Below are positions 41,901-55,238 of a stretch of 64,000 nt of DNA, piece by piece. This stretch comes from an uncultured Acidobacteriota bacterium. Lineage in GTDB: Bacteria; Acidobacteriota; Vicinamibacteria; Vicinamibacterales; UBA2999. The DNA is taken from positions 1,022,248-1,086,247 of the forward strand of contig CAWIBL010000012.1 of NCBI GenBank assembly GCA_963834325.1. The letters are read 5' to 3'. The first letter of the stretch is position 1. Each line of letters starts with the position of its first letter. The position numbers and the translations under genes were made by a program. The notes under the pieces were generated by a model. The model searched no databases, was not told the DNA's origin, and worked only from the letters and a program-made list of their open reading frames with translations.

Positions 41901-42698
41901 TCAGACGCCGACTTCGGCCGCGGCGGTCTCGGCCACGTCGCGCAGTACCGCGGCGACGTCGGCCGTGGACTCGAGGCGGTAGCGCGCGGTGGAGGCGCGC
42001 CGTCCGACCACCACCGAGACGCCCTCGTCGATGGCGCGGAAGGCGTCCTCGTCGGTGAGGTCGTCGCCGAAGTAGGCGACCCACGCCGGCTGGCCGGTCA
42101 GGCGTTCGACGTCGTGGACGATCCAGCGGACGGCGTCGCCCTTGGTCCACGGCGCCGCCGGCAGGAACTCGTGGACGTCGGCGCCGAGCAGGCGCTTGAG
42201 CGCGCCGCTCGCGAGCCAGGGCTCGGCGACGCGGTCGGCGGCGTCGAGCACCGCCGCGCGCTGCTCCCGGGCCACGCCGCGGACGTGGACGGCCACCGAG
42301 GGCCCCTTGGACTCGAGGCGCGCGCCGGGAGCCCGGGTCACGACCTCGGTCAGGGCCAGCTCCAGGGCGCGCGCGGCCGACAGCGCCGGGCGCACCGCGT
42401 CGTGTTGCCAGCGCCGCTCGCCCACGGCGATCTCGAGGCCGTGCAGCCCCGCCAGGTAGACCTCCGAGCCGAGCGGCACCCGCCGGGCCAGGTCGGCGAC
42501 ACGACGGCCGCTGACCAGTCCGAGAGTGACATGGGAGAGCGATGACAGCGCGACGAGCGCGGCAAAGGCGTCCGACCGAATTCGGGGAACCGTGGGGTCG
42601 AGATCGAACTCAGCCAGGGTGCCGTCGAAGTCCGAGAGCAGCACCAACCGCGTGCCGCGCCGCCGCGCGACGAACGCACGGTGGACCTCAGCCAGCAC
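41901..42698 (-). CDS. otsB: Trehalose-6-phosphate phosphatase (HAD IIB)
   Basis: DFDGTL, VSGR, LAGLHGLE, E.KG.SVAVH.R, TKGDAV, GDDLTDEDAF. Confidence 0.85.
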   Translation of the reverse strand: MLAEVHRAFVARRRGTRLVLLSDFDGTLAEFDLDPTVPRIRSDAFAALVALSSLSHVTLGLVSGRRVADLARRVPLGSEVYLAGLHGLEIAVGERRWQHDAVRPALSAARALELALTEVVTRAPGARLESKGPSVAVHVRGVAREQRAAVLDAADRVAEPWLASGALKRLLGADVHEFLPAAPWTKGDAVRWIVHDVERLTGQPAWVAYFGDDLTDEDAFRAIDEGVSVVVGRRASTARYRLESTADVAAVLRDVAETAAAEVGV

Positions 42699-42760
42699 CA
42701 AACCATCGTAGCCCGGCCCGTCGCCCCGGCCAACCTCGGCCGCCGGGCGCGGCGGTGGCG

Positions 42761-43192
42761 CTAGCGGCCGGTGCTGCCGAAACCGCCTCGCGAGGCCGTG
42801 TTCGTGGCGGCGCCTTCAACCAAGGTCAGGCGCGGGGCCGCCAGCACCATGCCCTGGGCGATGCGGTCGCCCACGGCCACCGTCACCGGCTGGTCGGTGA
42901 CGTTGATGACTTGGATCTTCACCTCGTCGGCCGGGCCGCAGTAGTCCGCATCGACGACCCCGACGCCGTTGGCGACCATCAGGCCGCGCTTCAGCGGCGT
43001 GCTGCTGCGCGCCAGGATGGCCAGGAAGTGTCCGTCCGGCACGGCCACGACGAGCCCGGTCGGGACCAGGGCGATGCCGCGCGGCGGCACCACCGTCTCG
43101 GCGGCGGCGGCCAGGTCGAAGGCGGCGGCGCCGGCCGTGGCGTAGGCCGGCATCGGGACGTCGGGGGACAGGCGGGTGATGGTCAAGGTCAT
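42761..43192 (-). CDS. dut: dUTP diphosphatase
   Basis: Five motifs: AAAFDL, ARSS, GVVDADY, RIAQ, RGGFGSTG. Confidence 0.93.
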   Translation of the reverse strand: MTLTITRLSPDVPMPAYATAGAAAFDLAAAAETVVPPRGIALVPTGLVVAVPDGHFLAILARSSTPLKRGLMVANGVGVVDADYCGPADEVKIQVINVTDQPVTVAVGDRIAQGMVLAAPRLTLVEGAATNTASRGGFGSTGR

Positions 43193-43339
43193 GGCCGGAC
43201 AATCTTAGCGGGCCGGGGCGCGGCGCGACGACAGCGCTGCCTCAGGCTCTTCGGCGACGCTCCGGGTTTCAGGGGATGATGAAGGCCGCGCCCCCGGCCG
43301 TGCGGCCATCGGACCGGTCGCCGCGTCTCAAGGACACCT

Positions 43340-46204
43340 ATGACCTCGCGCCTGCCCGTGCTCGCCGCCCTCGTTGCCCTGGCTCTTACGGCCGCCCCCA
43401 GCACCCCTCGCGCCCAGGTGGCCGCGCCGGCGCCGCCGGCCCAGACGATCGCGGCCGATGCCGCCACCGCGCCGCTCGACGCCGCCCTGCCGGTCGATCC
43501 GTCGGTGCGCACCGGCCGGCTGGCCAACGGGCTGCGCTACTTCCTGCGCCAGAACGGCCGCCCGGCCAAGCGCGTGTCGATGCGGCTGGCCGTCGATGTG
43601 GGCAGCATCCACGAGGACGCCGATCAGCGGGGGCTGGCGCACTTCCTCGAGCACATGGCCTTCAACGGCAGCAGCCACTTCAAGCCGGGCGAGCTCGTGG
43701 CCTTCCTCGAGTCGATTGGCGCGCGCTTCGGCCCGCACGTCAACGCCTCGACCAGCTTCGACGAGACCATCTACATGCTCGACGTCCCGACCGACCGCGA
43801 GGGCTACGTCGACAAGGGGCTGCTGGCGCTGCGCGACTTTGCCGGCGCGGCGACGCTCTCGGCCGAAGAGATCGAAAAAGAGCGGGGCGTGGTCATCGAG
43901 GAATGGCGCGGCCGGCTGGGCGCCGGGTCGAGAATCACCGACCAGCAGCTGCCGGTCATCTTCGCTGGCAGCCGCTATGCCGAACGTCTCCCCATCGGCC
44001 TGCCCGAGGTGCTGCGCACCTTCCCGGCCGAGCGCCTGCGCGACTTCTACAGCACCTGGTACCGCGCCGATCGCATGGCCGTGGTGGTGAGCGGCGACCT
44101 GCCGCTCGACGAATCGGAGCGGCTCGTGAAAGCCCGCTTCGGCGACCTGCCGACACCCGCCGCGGCGCCTACGGAGCCCGACGCCCAGGTGCCGCCGCAC
44201 CCCGCGCCGCTCTACAAGATGGTCACCGATCCCGAGGCGCAGGGGTGGAGCGTCGCGGCGATCTTCAAGCACGCGCCCCAGCCCGAGGACACGGTCGGGG
44301 CTTATCGCCGTTCGCTGGTGCGCTCGCTCGGCCTGCAGATGCTCGGGGCCCGTCTGGCCGAACTGGCGCGTCGCCCGGACGCGCCGTTCCTGAGCGCCGA
44401 TGCCGGCGCGTCGAACATCGGCCGCAACCTGGCGGTGTTCGAGCTGAGCGCCGAGGTCACCGAAGGCGGCACCGCCGCCGGCCTCGAGGCGGTGGTGCGC
44501 GAGGCCCGCCGGGTGCAGCAGTTCGGCTTTGCCGCCGCCGAGCTCGAACGGGCCAAGCGCGGCCTGCTGGCCGGCTACGAGCGCGCCTACAACGAACGGA
44601 ACACCGCCGAGAGTCCGTCGCTTGCCAACGAGCTGGTGCGCCATTTCCTGCAGGGCGAACCGGCGCCGGGCATCGCCTACGAGTTCCAGCTGGTGCAGCG
44701 CTTCCTGCCCGCCATCACGCTCGAGGAAGTCACCGCGCTCATGAAAGGGCTGATCCACGACGACAGCCGCGTCGTCCTGGGCATCGCCCCGGCCAAGCCG
44801 GGCGCGCCGCTGCCGACCGACGACACCTTGAAGACGGCCATGACCGCGGCCTTCGCCGGCCCGGTCACGCCGTGGAGCGACGGCCTGGCCGGACGCGAAC
44901 TCGTGACCACGCCGCCCAAGCCCGGACGGGTCACCGGACGGCGGCAGATTCCCGAGGTCGGCGTCACCGTGCTGACGCTCTCGAACGGCATGGAGGTGTG
45001 GCTCAAGCCCACCGACTTCAAGGCCGACCAGGTCGTGTTCAGCGCCTACGCCCTCGGGGGCGGGTCGCTGGCCGCGCCCGAGAACTTTCCCGAAGCGGTG
45101 CTCGCCCCGGCCCTGGTCGGCATGGGCGGGGTGGGCGGCCTGAATCCCGTCGACCTCGAAAAGGTGCTGGCCGGACGCATCGCGTCGGCGTCGCCCGACA
45201 TCGACAGCTACACTCACGGCATCTCGGGCTCGGCGACGCCCAAGGACCTCGAGACGGCGCTGCAGCTCGCGTATCTCACCTTCACCGCGCCCGGCCTCAC
45301 CGACGAGGGCTTCGAACTGCTCAAGCGGCGCTTCGGGGCGATGCTGCAGAACCAGCAGCAGAGCCCGCGCTACGTGTTCGGCGAGAAGGTGCGCGAGGTG
45401 ACGACCTCGGGCCACTACTCGGCCAAGGGGCTCACCGCCGAGGACGTGGCCGGGCTCGACCTGGCCGTGATGCGCCGCGAGTACGCCGCGCGCTTTGCCA
45501 ACGCCGCCGACTTCACGTTCTTCATGGCCGGGACCTTCACCGAGGCGCAGGTGACGCCGCTCGTGGAGCAGTGGCTGGCCTCGCTGCCGGGCACGGGCAA
45601 GCGCACGGCCGCGTTCCGCGACATGGGCGTCAAGTTCCCGGGCGGCACGCCCAAAGTGCAGGTGACCAAGGGCCAGGAGCCGGCCAGCCAGACGGTGATG
45701 GCGTTCTTTGCCGACACCGGCCTGGTCGAGACCGAAATGCACCGCGCCCGGGCTGCGGCGACGCTCGTCGGCATCCGCCTGCGCGACATCTTGCGCGAGC
45801 AGCTCGGTGGCACCTACGGGGTCAGCGTCAACTACGGTGACGCCGCCCCGCAGAAGGGCTACGGCGCCATGAACGTGTCGTTCGGCAGCGCCCCCGACCG
45901 CGTCGACGTGCTGCAGAAGGCGGTGCTCGACGAGCTGGCGCGCCTGCGCGCCGAGGGCCCGACGGCCGAGGACCTGCAGAAGGTCCAGGAACTCGAGCGC
46001 CGCGACCTCGAAACCTCGACGCGCCAGAACCAGTACTGGATGGGCTCGTTGCAGACCGTGCACATGCTCGGCTGGGATCCGGCCTCGATCGCCCGCCGCG
46101 GCCAGCGCACCGAGGCCCTGACCGTGCCGCTGCTGCACGAGACCATCAAGAAGTACTTCCCGCTCGATCGCTACGCGGTCGTCACGCTGAAGCCGGAATC
46201 CTAA
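43340..46204 (+). CDS. M16 (insulinase/PqqL-like) zinc protease
   Basis: Signal peptide; GRLANGLRY; inverted zinc motif HFLEHMAFNG; NASTSFDET; ERGVVIEE; LREQLGGTY. Confidence 0.92.
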   Translation: MTSRLPVLAALVALALTAAPSTPRAQVAAPAPPAQTIAADAATAPLDAALPVDPSVRTGRLANGLRYFLRQNGRPAKRVSMRLAVDVGSIHEDADQRGLAHFLEHMAFNGSSHFKPGELVAFLESIGARFGPHVNASTSFDETIYMLDVPTDREGYVDKGLLALRDFAGAATLSAEEIEKERGVVIEEWRGRLGAGSRITDQQLPVIFAGSRYAERLPIGLPEVLRTFPAERLRDFYSTWYRADRMAVVVSGDLPLDESERLVKARFGDLPTPAAAPTEPDAQVPPHPAPLYKMVTDPEAQGWSVAAIFKHAPQPEDTVGAYRRSLVRSLGLQMLGARLAELARRPDAPFLSADAGASNIGRNLAVFELSAEVTEGGTAAGLEAVVREARRVQQFGFAAAELERAKRGLLAGYERAYNERNTAESPSLANELVRHFLQGEPAPGIAYEFQLVQRFLPAITLEEVTALMKGLIHDDSRVVLGIAPAKPGAPLPTDDTLKTAMTAAFAGPVTPWSDGLAGRELVTTPPKPGRVTGRRQIPEVGVTVLTLSNGMEVWLKPTDFKADQVVFSAYALGGGSLAAPENFPEAVLAPALVGMGGVGGLNPVDLEKVLAGRIASASPDIDSYTHGISGSATPKDLETALQLAYLTFTAPGLTDEGFELLKRRFGAMLQNQQQSPRYVFGEKVREVTTSGHYSAKGLTAEDVAGLDLAVMRREYAARFANAADFTFFMAGTFTEAQVTPLVEQWLASLPGTGKRTAAFRDMGVKFPGGTPKVQVTKGQEPASQTVMAFFADTGLVETEMHRARAAATLVGIRLRDILREQLGGTYGVSVNYGDAAPQKGYGAMNVSFGSAPDRVDVLQKAVLDELARLRAEGPTAEDLQKVQELERRDLETSTRQNQYWMGSLQTVHMLGWDPASIARRGQRTEALTVPLLHETIKKYFPLDRYAVVTLKPES

Positions 46205-46208
46205 ACCG

Positions 46209-46574
46209 TCAGTCGCTGGTCGCTTCGAGCGCCACGTCGAAGTGGCGCACGACGCGGTCGTATTCGGCGAGCACCGCGCGGGCCTCGGCCTCGACCACCG
46301 CCGCCTCGAGGTCCGGCCCGGCAAACGCGGCAATTGCCGCCCGCGAGCGCCACCGCGTCATCACCAGGATTTCGACCAGGTCCCCGGCCGGCCGGGTCAG
46401 CACGGCCACGCCGAGATAGCCGTCGAGACTGGCCAGCGCCGGCTCGACCCGCGCACGCAGGTGGCGCAGGTAGGCGGGCAGGTTGGCGGGGGTGGCGGCG
46501 CCGCGCCAGACGCGCAGCACGGCGGGCGGCGCATCGGGAAAGAGGTCGGATTCCGGGGGCATCGCCGTGTCCAT
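46209..46574 (-). CDS. ABM-like dimeric alpha/beta barrel protein
   Basis: RVWRG...Y..HL...DGYLG...EILVMTRWRS..AIAAFAG.D.EAAVV. Confidence 0.75.
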   Translation of the reverse strand: MDTAMPPESDLFPDAPPAVLRVWRGAATPANLPAYLRHLRARVEPALASLDGYLGVAVLTRPAGDLVEILVMTRWRSRAAIAAFAGPDLEAAVVEAEARAVLAEYDRVVRHFDVALEATSD

Positions 46575-46710
46575 GGCCAATCTTACCCGCGCCTTGTCCG
46601 CCCTGGCCCGGCCCGATAGAATGGGCCGGGCAAGAAGGTCGGTTGGTGGCGCGCGCGGGCTCGTTCCGAGCTCCGGCCCCTGGCCTCCAGTCCCCGCCCC
46701 CGCGAGAGCA

Positions 46711-48391
<1,681 letters not shown>

Positions 48392-48424
48392 CCCGGGTCC
48401 GCCCGGGCCAGAGGACGGCCGCCC

Positions 48425-48943
48425 ATGACGCCACAGGAAGCCCGCGCCGCCGTGACCGTGATCGGCACGCAGTTGCAGCACGAGTGGATGACCACCGCCA
48501 AGGTGCTGGCGGCCATCCCCGAGGGGAACAAGGACTGGAAGCCCGACGCCAGGAGCCGCTCGGCCTGGGATCTGGCCGTGCACCTGGCCGGATCGGACAT
48601 CTGGTTCCTCGATTCGATTCTTGCCGGCGCCTTCACGAGCGATCCGGACGGCGAGACCAAGCTGAAGGGCGCCGCGCCCACGCCGCAGAAGCTGGCCGAG
48701 TGGTACAAACACGCGTTCCCGGCCAGGCTCGAACAGGTGCTGGCGCTGCCCGATCACAAGTTCACCGAGGTCATCGACTTCTACGGGATGAGGAACCCGG
48801 GCCTCGTCTACCTCAACTTCTGCCTGGTGCACGGCGTGCACCACCGTGGCCAGTTGTCCGGCTATCTCCGTCCGATGGGCGGCAAGGTGCCGAGCATCTA
48901 CGGCGGCAGCGCCGACGAGACGTGGCCGGGGGCGACACCATAG
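48425..48943 (+). CDS. DinB/YfiT family four-helix metalloprotein
   Basis: WKPD..SRSAWDLAVH; H..HHRGQLSGYLR..G.KVPSIYG.SAD. Confidence 0.88.
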   Translation: MTPQEARAAVTVIGTQLQHEWMTTAKVLAAIPEGNKDWKPDARSRSAWDLAVHLAGSDIWFLDSILAGAFTSDPDGETKLKGAAPTPQKLAEWYKHAFPARLEQVLALPDHKFTEVIDFYGMRNPGLVYLNFCLVHGVHHRGQLSGYLRPMGGKVPSIYGGSADETWPGATP

Positions 48944-48966
48944 CGGCCAGAGGCTAGGGGCAGGGC

Positions 48967-50175
48967 ATGCCACGCTCACGCGTGCGGCTCGCAGCGCTCC
49001 TGGCCCTCGTCGCGCTCGCCCCGGCGTGCGCCGGACCGGTCGTGCCCGACCTCATCATCAGCAACGCGCGGGTGTTCACGAACGACACCGCGCGGCCGTG
49101 GGCCGAGGCCGTCGCGATCAAGGGCGACCGCGTCGTGGCCGTGGGCAGCCGCGAGGCCGTTGCGGTCCTCGCCGGCCCATCGACGCGGGCGATTGACGCC
49201 GGCGGCCGCGTCGTGGTGCCGGGCTTCAACGACGCGCGGGTCGATCTGCCGCTCGAGCCGCCCACGCCGGCGGCGCTTGCCGCGCTCGACCAGATGGCCA
49301 TCACCCGCGGCGTGACCAGCGTGCAGGTCGTCGCCGGTGGACCGATGCGCTCGCTGGTCGAGGCCGCGCAGCAAGCGACGCGACAGGCGCGGTGGCGGCT
49401 GATCCGCTCGCCGGAAGACACGGCCACGCTCTCGACCACCGATCCGACGGCGATGGTCCGCCAGGACGAGAAGCCGTTCCTGCCGCCGCAACCCGGGGTG
49501 CGGCTCGTCGCCAATGGCGTGGCCTGGCAGCTCGGCGGATTGGATGGTCGCCGCGGACTCGACGACTCGCGCCTCGACACCGTCGTCGCCTGGGCCTACG
49601 GCGCTGAGGACGCGATCATCGTCCGAGGCGCCGTCCAAACGTGGTTGGACGCGTTCGGACGGGTCGGTCTTCCCGAGGTGTGGACGCGCAAGCGGCCACG
49701 GTTCGACGTCGGTGTTGGCATCGACGACCGGTGGGCGGCGCCGCTGGTCAAGTTTGGCGCCGTCGTGGCCGTCACCCCCGCGACTGCTATCACCGTTCCG
49801 ACGGACGCTCTTCGTGCCTTCTACCTCCTCGGTCCCCTCATTGACGCGGGGCTGGTCCTCGCGGCCGGGTCGGGCGGCGAGCCCGCGCCGATGCGGGTGC
49901 TCGCGGCGCTTCTGGCGCCACAGCCGCCGTCGCCGGGGCCGCGGGTGCGGGCGCTGACCCGCGAGGAGGCCGTCCGCGCCATGACCTGGGGCAGCGCGTA
50001 TGCCGAGAAGGCCGAGCGCGACAAGGGGTGGCTCGGCCCAGGTACACTCGCGGACATCGCCGTCCTCTCCGACGACATCTTCACCGTGCCGGCCGATCGG
50101 TTGGCCGCCATCACCAGCGTGCTCACGCTGGTCGGCGGGACCGTCGTCTACGATCCGGGCGTCCTTTCGAAGTAG
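48967..50175 (+). CDS. Amidohydrolase_3-like lipoprotein, shortened and lacking the HxH motif
   Basis: Lipobox LAPA-C; AEAVAIKGDRVVAVG, IDAGGRVVVPGFND; EEAVRAMTWGSAYA, KGWL.PG.LADIAVL. Confidence 0.75.
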   Translation: MPRSRVRLAALLALVALAPACAGPVVPDLIISNARVFTNDTARPWAEAVAIKGDRVVAVGSREAVAVLAGPSTRAIDAGGRVVVPGFNDARVDLPLEPPTPAALAALDQMAITRGVTSVQVVAGGPMRSLVEAAQQATRQARWRLIRSPEDTATLSTTDPTAMVRQDEKPFLPPQPGVRLVANGVAWQLGGLDGRRGLDDSRLDTVVAWAYGAEDAIIVRGAVQTWLDAFGRVGLPEVWTRKRPRFDVGVGIDDRWAAPLVKFGAVVAVTPATAITVPTDALRAFYLLGPLIDAGLVLAAGSGGEPAPMRVLAALLAPQPPSPGPRVRALTREEAVRAMTWGSAYAEKAERDKGWLGPGTLADIAVLSDDIFTVPADRLAAITSVLTLVGGTVVYDPGVLSK

Positions 50176-50180
50176 CCGCA

Positions 50181-51986
50181 ATGTTTTCAGACCTGCGCTC
50201 GTTCCTGCACCGGCTACGTGCCGATGCCGACCTCGTCACCGTCACCGCGCCGGTCGACGCGCATCTCGAAGCCGCCGAGATCCACCGCCGGGTCATTGCC
50301 GCCGGCGGACCGGCGCTGCTCTTCACCAACGTGAAGGGGCGGGCCTTCCCGCTGGTCACCAACCTGTTCGGCACCGAGCGCCGGGCCACGCTGGCCTTCG
50401 GCGATCACCCGCTCAAGCTGATTCGCCGGCTGGTGGAGCTGGCGCAGACCCTCATGCCGCCCGACGCCGGCAAGTTGTGGGGCGCGCGCGATGTCGCCGG
50501 CAGCCTGCTCAAGGTCGGTCTCAAGCGCCAGTCGATGGGACCGGTCACCGAGGTGGTCACGCGCACGCCGCGCCTCGACCAGCTGCCGGCGCTGACCTGC
50601 TGGCCCGAGGACGGCGGCCCCTTCGTGACGCTGCCGCTCGTCTACACCGAACATCCCGGCGGCCACGGCCACAACCTGGCCATGTACCGCCTGCACGTGC
50701 ACGACGCCACGTCCACCGGCATGCACTGGCAGATCGGCAAGGGCGGCGGCTTCCACTACCAGGTGGCGGAAGCAGCCGGACAGCCGCTGCCGGTCACGGT
50801 GATGCTCGGCGGCCCGCCGGCGCTCATCATGTCGGCGATTGCGCCGCTGCCCGAGAACGTGCCCGAGCTGATGCTGGCCTCGCTCATCGCGGGGGAGCGC
50901 CTGGCGCGGGTGCCCGGGTCGTTCGGCCATCCCCATTCGCTCATCGCCAACTGCGAGTTCGCGCTGATGGGCCAGGTGGCTCCGCAGCTGCGCCGGCCGG
51001 AAGGGCCGTTCGGCGATCACTACGGCTACTACTCGCTGCGCCACGACTACCCGGTGTTCGACGTCCACACCGTGGCCCACCGCCGCGATGCGATCTATCC
51101 CGCCACGGTGGTGGGGAAGCCGCGACAGGAAGACTTCTTCATCGGCGACCTGCTGCAGGAGCTGCTCTCGCCGCTCTTCCCGCTGGTGATGCCGGCGGTG
51201 GAACAGCTCTGGTCCTACGGCGAAACCGGCTACCACTCGCTGGCCGCCGCCGTGGTCAAGCAGCGCTATCCGCGCGAGGCCATGGCCAGCGCCTTCCGCA
51301 TCCTCGGCGAAGGCCAGCTCTCGCTGCAGAAGTTCCTGCTCCTCACCGATCGCCACGTCGACGTGAAGGACTTCCGGGCCACGCTCGAACACGTCCTGGC
51401 CCGCACCGACCCGCGCACCGATCTCTACGTCTTCGGGCATCTGTCGATGGACACGCTCGACTACGCCGGTCCGGCCGTGAACAAGGGCTCGAAGGGCGTG
51501 TGGATGGGCCTGGGCGATCCGGTGCGCGAGCTGCCGCGCGGCTTCCATCCGCCCGTGCCGCCGCCGGCCGACGTGACCGACGTGCGGGTCTATTGCGCCG
51601 GCTGCCTGGTCGTGGGCGCTCGTCCGTTTGCCGAGGACCGCGACGCGCCGGCCCGTCTGGCCGCGCACCCGGCTTTCGCCGACTGGCCGCTCATCGTCAT
51701 CTCCGACGAGCCGGAGCGGGCCACGCGCAGCACGGTCAACTTCCTGTGGACCACCTTCACGCGCTTCGAGCCGGCGGCCGACATCCACGCCGGCCGGGTG
51801 ACGCTCGAACGCAACCATGTGGTGTTCACGCCGCCGGTGGCCATCGACGCCCGCATGAAGCCGTGGTATCCCGCGGAGGTCTCGTGCGACCCGCAGACGG
51901 CGGCCCTGGTCGGCGCGCGCTGGACCGACTACTTCCCCGAGGGCGGGGTGGCCATGGGCGACGCCGAGCGCGGTCATCTGGACTAG
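50181..51986 (+). CDS. UbiD family (prFMN-dependent) decarboxylase, long form
   Basis: GPALLF.NV, WPEDGGPFVT, NLAMYR, EGPFGDHYGYY, VVGKPRQED, DTLDY, IDARMK. Confidence 0.9.
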   Translation: MFSDLRSFLHRLRADADLVTVTAPVDAHLEAAEIHRRVIAAGGPALLFTNVKGRAFPLVTNLFGTERRATLAFGDHPLKLIRRLVELAQTLMPPDAGKLWGARDVAGSLLKVGLKRQSMGPVTEVVTRTPRLDQLPALTCWPEDGGPFVTLPLVYTEHPGGHGHNLAMYRLHVHDATSTGMHWQIGKGGGFHYQVAEAAGQPLPVTVMLGGPPALIMSAIAPLPENVPELMLASLIAGERLARVPGSFGHPHSLIANCEFALMGQVAPQLRRPEGPFGDHYGYYSLRHDYPVFDVHTVAHRRDAIYPATVVGKPRQEDFFIGDLLQELLSPLFPLVMPAVEQLWSYGETGYHSLAAAVVKQRYPREAMASAFRILGEGQLSLQKFLLLTDRHVDVKDFRATLEHVLARTDPRTDLYVFGHLSMDTLDYAGPAVNKGSKGVWMGLGDPVRELPRGFHPPVPPPADVTDVRVYCAGCLVVGARPFAEDRDAPARLAAHPAFADWPLIVISDEPERATRSTVNFLWTTFTRFEPAADIHAGRVTLERNHVVFTPPVAIDARMKPWYPAEVSCDPQTAALVGARWTDYFPEGGVAMGDAERGHLD

Positions 51987-52017
51987 ATGCGCCCGTTCAA
52001 CGTACGATGAAGCGACC

Positions 52018-52401
52018 GTGAGTGATACCGTGACCAGGGGCATCCGCGTGCAGGTCCGCAGCGTCTTCGTGCCCGAGCGGAGCGCGCCGCGCGAACAGCA
52101 CTTCTTCTTCGCCTACCATGTGCGCATCTCGAACGAGGGCACCGAGACGGCGCAGCTCCAGAGCCGCCACTGGGTCATCACCAACGCCGATGGCGACGAG
52201 CAGGAAGTGCGCGGGCCGGGCGTGATCGGTGAGACGCCGGTGCTCAAGCCGGGCGACGCCTTCGAATACACCAGCTACTGTCCGCTCACGACCGCGGTCG
52301 GCACCATGCAGGGCAGCTACACGATGACCACGCCCGACGGCGCCACCTTCGACGCCGAGATCGCGCCGTTCACGCTGGCCATGCCCAACGCCCTGAACTA
52401 G
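52018..52401 (+). CDS. apaG: ApaG protein
   Basis: FAYHVRISN, QLQSRHWVIT, GPGVIGETP, FEYTS.CPL.T..GTMQG. Confidence 0.92.
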   Translation: MSDTVTRGIRVQVRSVFVPERSAPREQHFFFAYHVRISNEGTETAQLQSRHWVITNADGDEQEVRGPGVIGETPVLKPGDAFEYTSYCPLTTAVGTMQGSYTMTTPDGATFDAEIAPFTLAMPNALN

Positions 52402-52462
52402 CGCGGCCGACCTGGCGGAACGGCCCGGGCCGCCGCCCGGCCACATGCGCCATACTTGAGGG

Positions 52463-54379
<1,917 letters not shown>

Positions 54380-54441
54380 CGGCCGCGCCGGAACCTTTCG
54401 GCGCCTCGCACGGTATTCTTGTAGCAACAAGGGGGGCGATC

Positions 54442-55153
54442 CTGAAGGGCGACCAACTGCTGGAGATCTTCCTGCGCGGCGCGCTCGGGCGCTACGGGCG
54501 CAAGCGCTCGCGCGGCGCGGCCCGGTTTCTCGGCGGCCAAGGCGGCTTCCTCTCGGCCAGCCTGGTGATGGCCGCGGCGGGCGCGGCGTGGGGCCTCTAC
54601 GACAGCCTGCGGGGCCCGGCGTCGGCCCCGGGCACCGCGGCCGCCGGCACCGCAGCGGCGGGCCCGTATCCCTCGGCGCCGTTCCCGGGCACGGCCGTCG
54701 ATCGCACGCCGCCGTCCCCGCCGACGAGCACGCCGCTCCCGGTGGCATCGAGTCCGCCCGGGCTGGTGGTGCCGCCCGAGGTGGCGCGGGTGGTGCGGCT
54801 GGCCGTGTCGGCGGCCGCGGCCGACGGCCAGGTCGCCGACGACGAGCGCGCGCTCATCCTGGAGCACGCGCGCCAGGCCGGCATCGAGTCGATCGTCGAA
54901 GAGGAGCTGGCGGTCGCGCCGCCCGCTCGCCGACATCGTCGCCGGCGTCGCCGGCCACGCGGAGCGCCGCGACCTCTACGTGCTGGCGTTCACCATCGTG
55001 CGCGCCGACGATGCCGTCTCCGGAGCCGAGCGCATCTATCTGGCGCAGCTGGCGCACGCGCTCGGACTCGACGCGGCCACCGCCGCGGCCATGGAGCAGC
55101 AGACCGCCACCGCCATCGACAGCGCCACCGGCCCGGCGCCAGCCACGGCCTGA
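54442..55153 (+). CDS. DUF533 / TerB-like protein (probable non-ATG start; +1 frameshift at about 54915)
   Basis: N-terminal glycine-rich helix, AAAADGQVADDER..I, then in the next frame LYVLAFTIVRAD...AERIYLAQLAHALGL; stop TGA 55151-55153. Confidence 0.7.
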
Positions 55154-55238
55154 CGTCCGGGGCCACGGTCGACGACGACGGCGGGCTCGCGGCGCGGCGC
55201 GGGTTCGTCCGATGGTCCGCGCAGGAAGAGGAGCAGTG

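Noticed and set aside
41901-42698. otsB without otsA as a novel pathway
   Set aside because: otsA or other trehalose genes may lie elsewhere in the genome; this cannot be judged from the window.
31144-43192. Mutagenesis or phage cassette (DUF72, dinB, dut)
   Set aside because: The genes are scattered among housekeeping loci; no imuA/imuB/dnaE2, integrase or phage structural genes.
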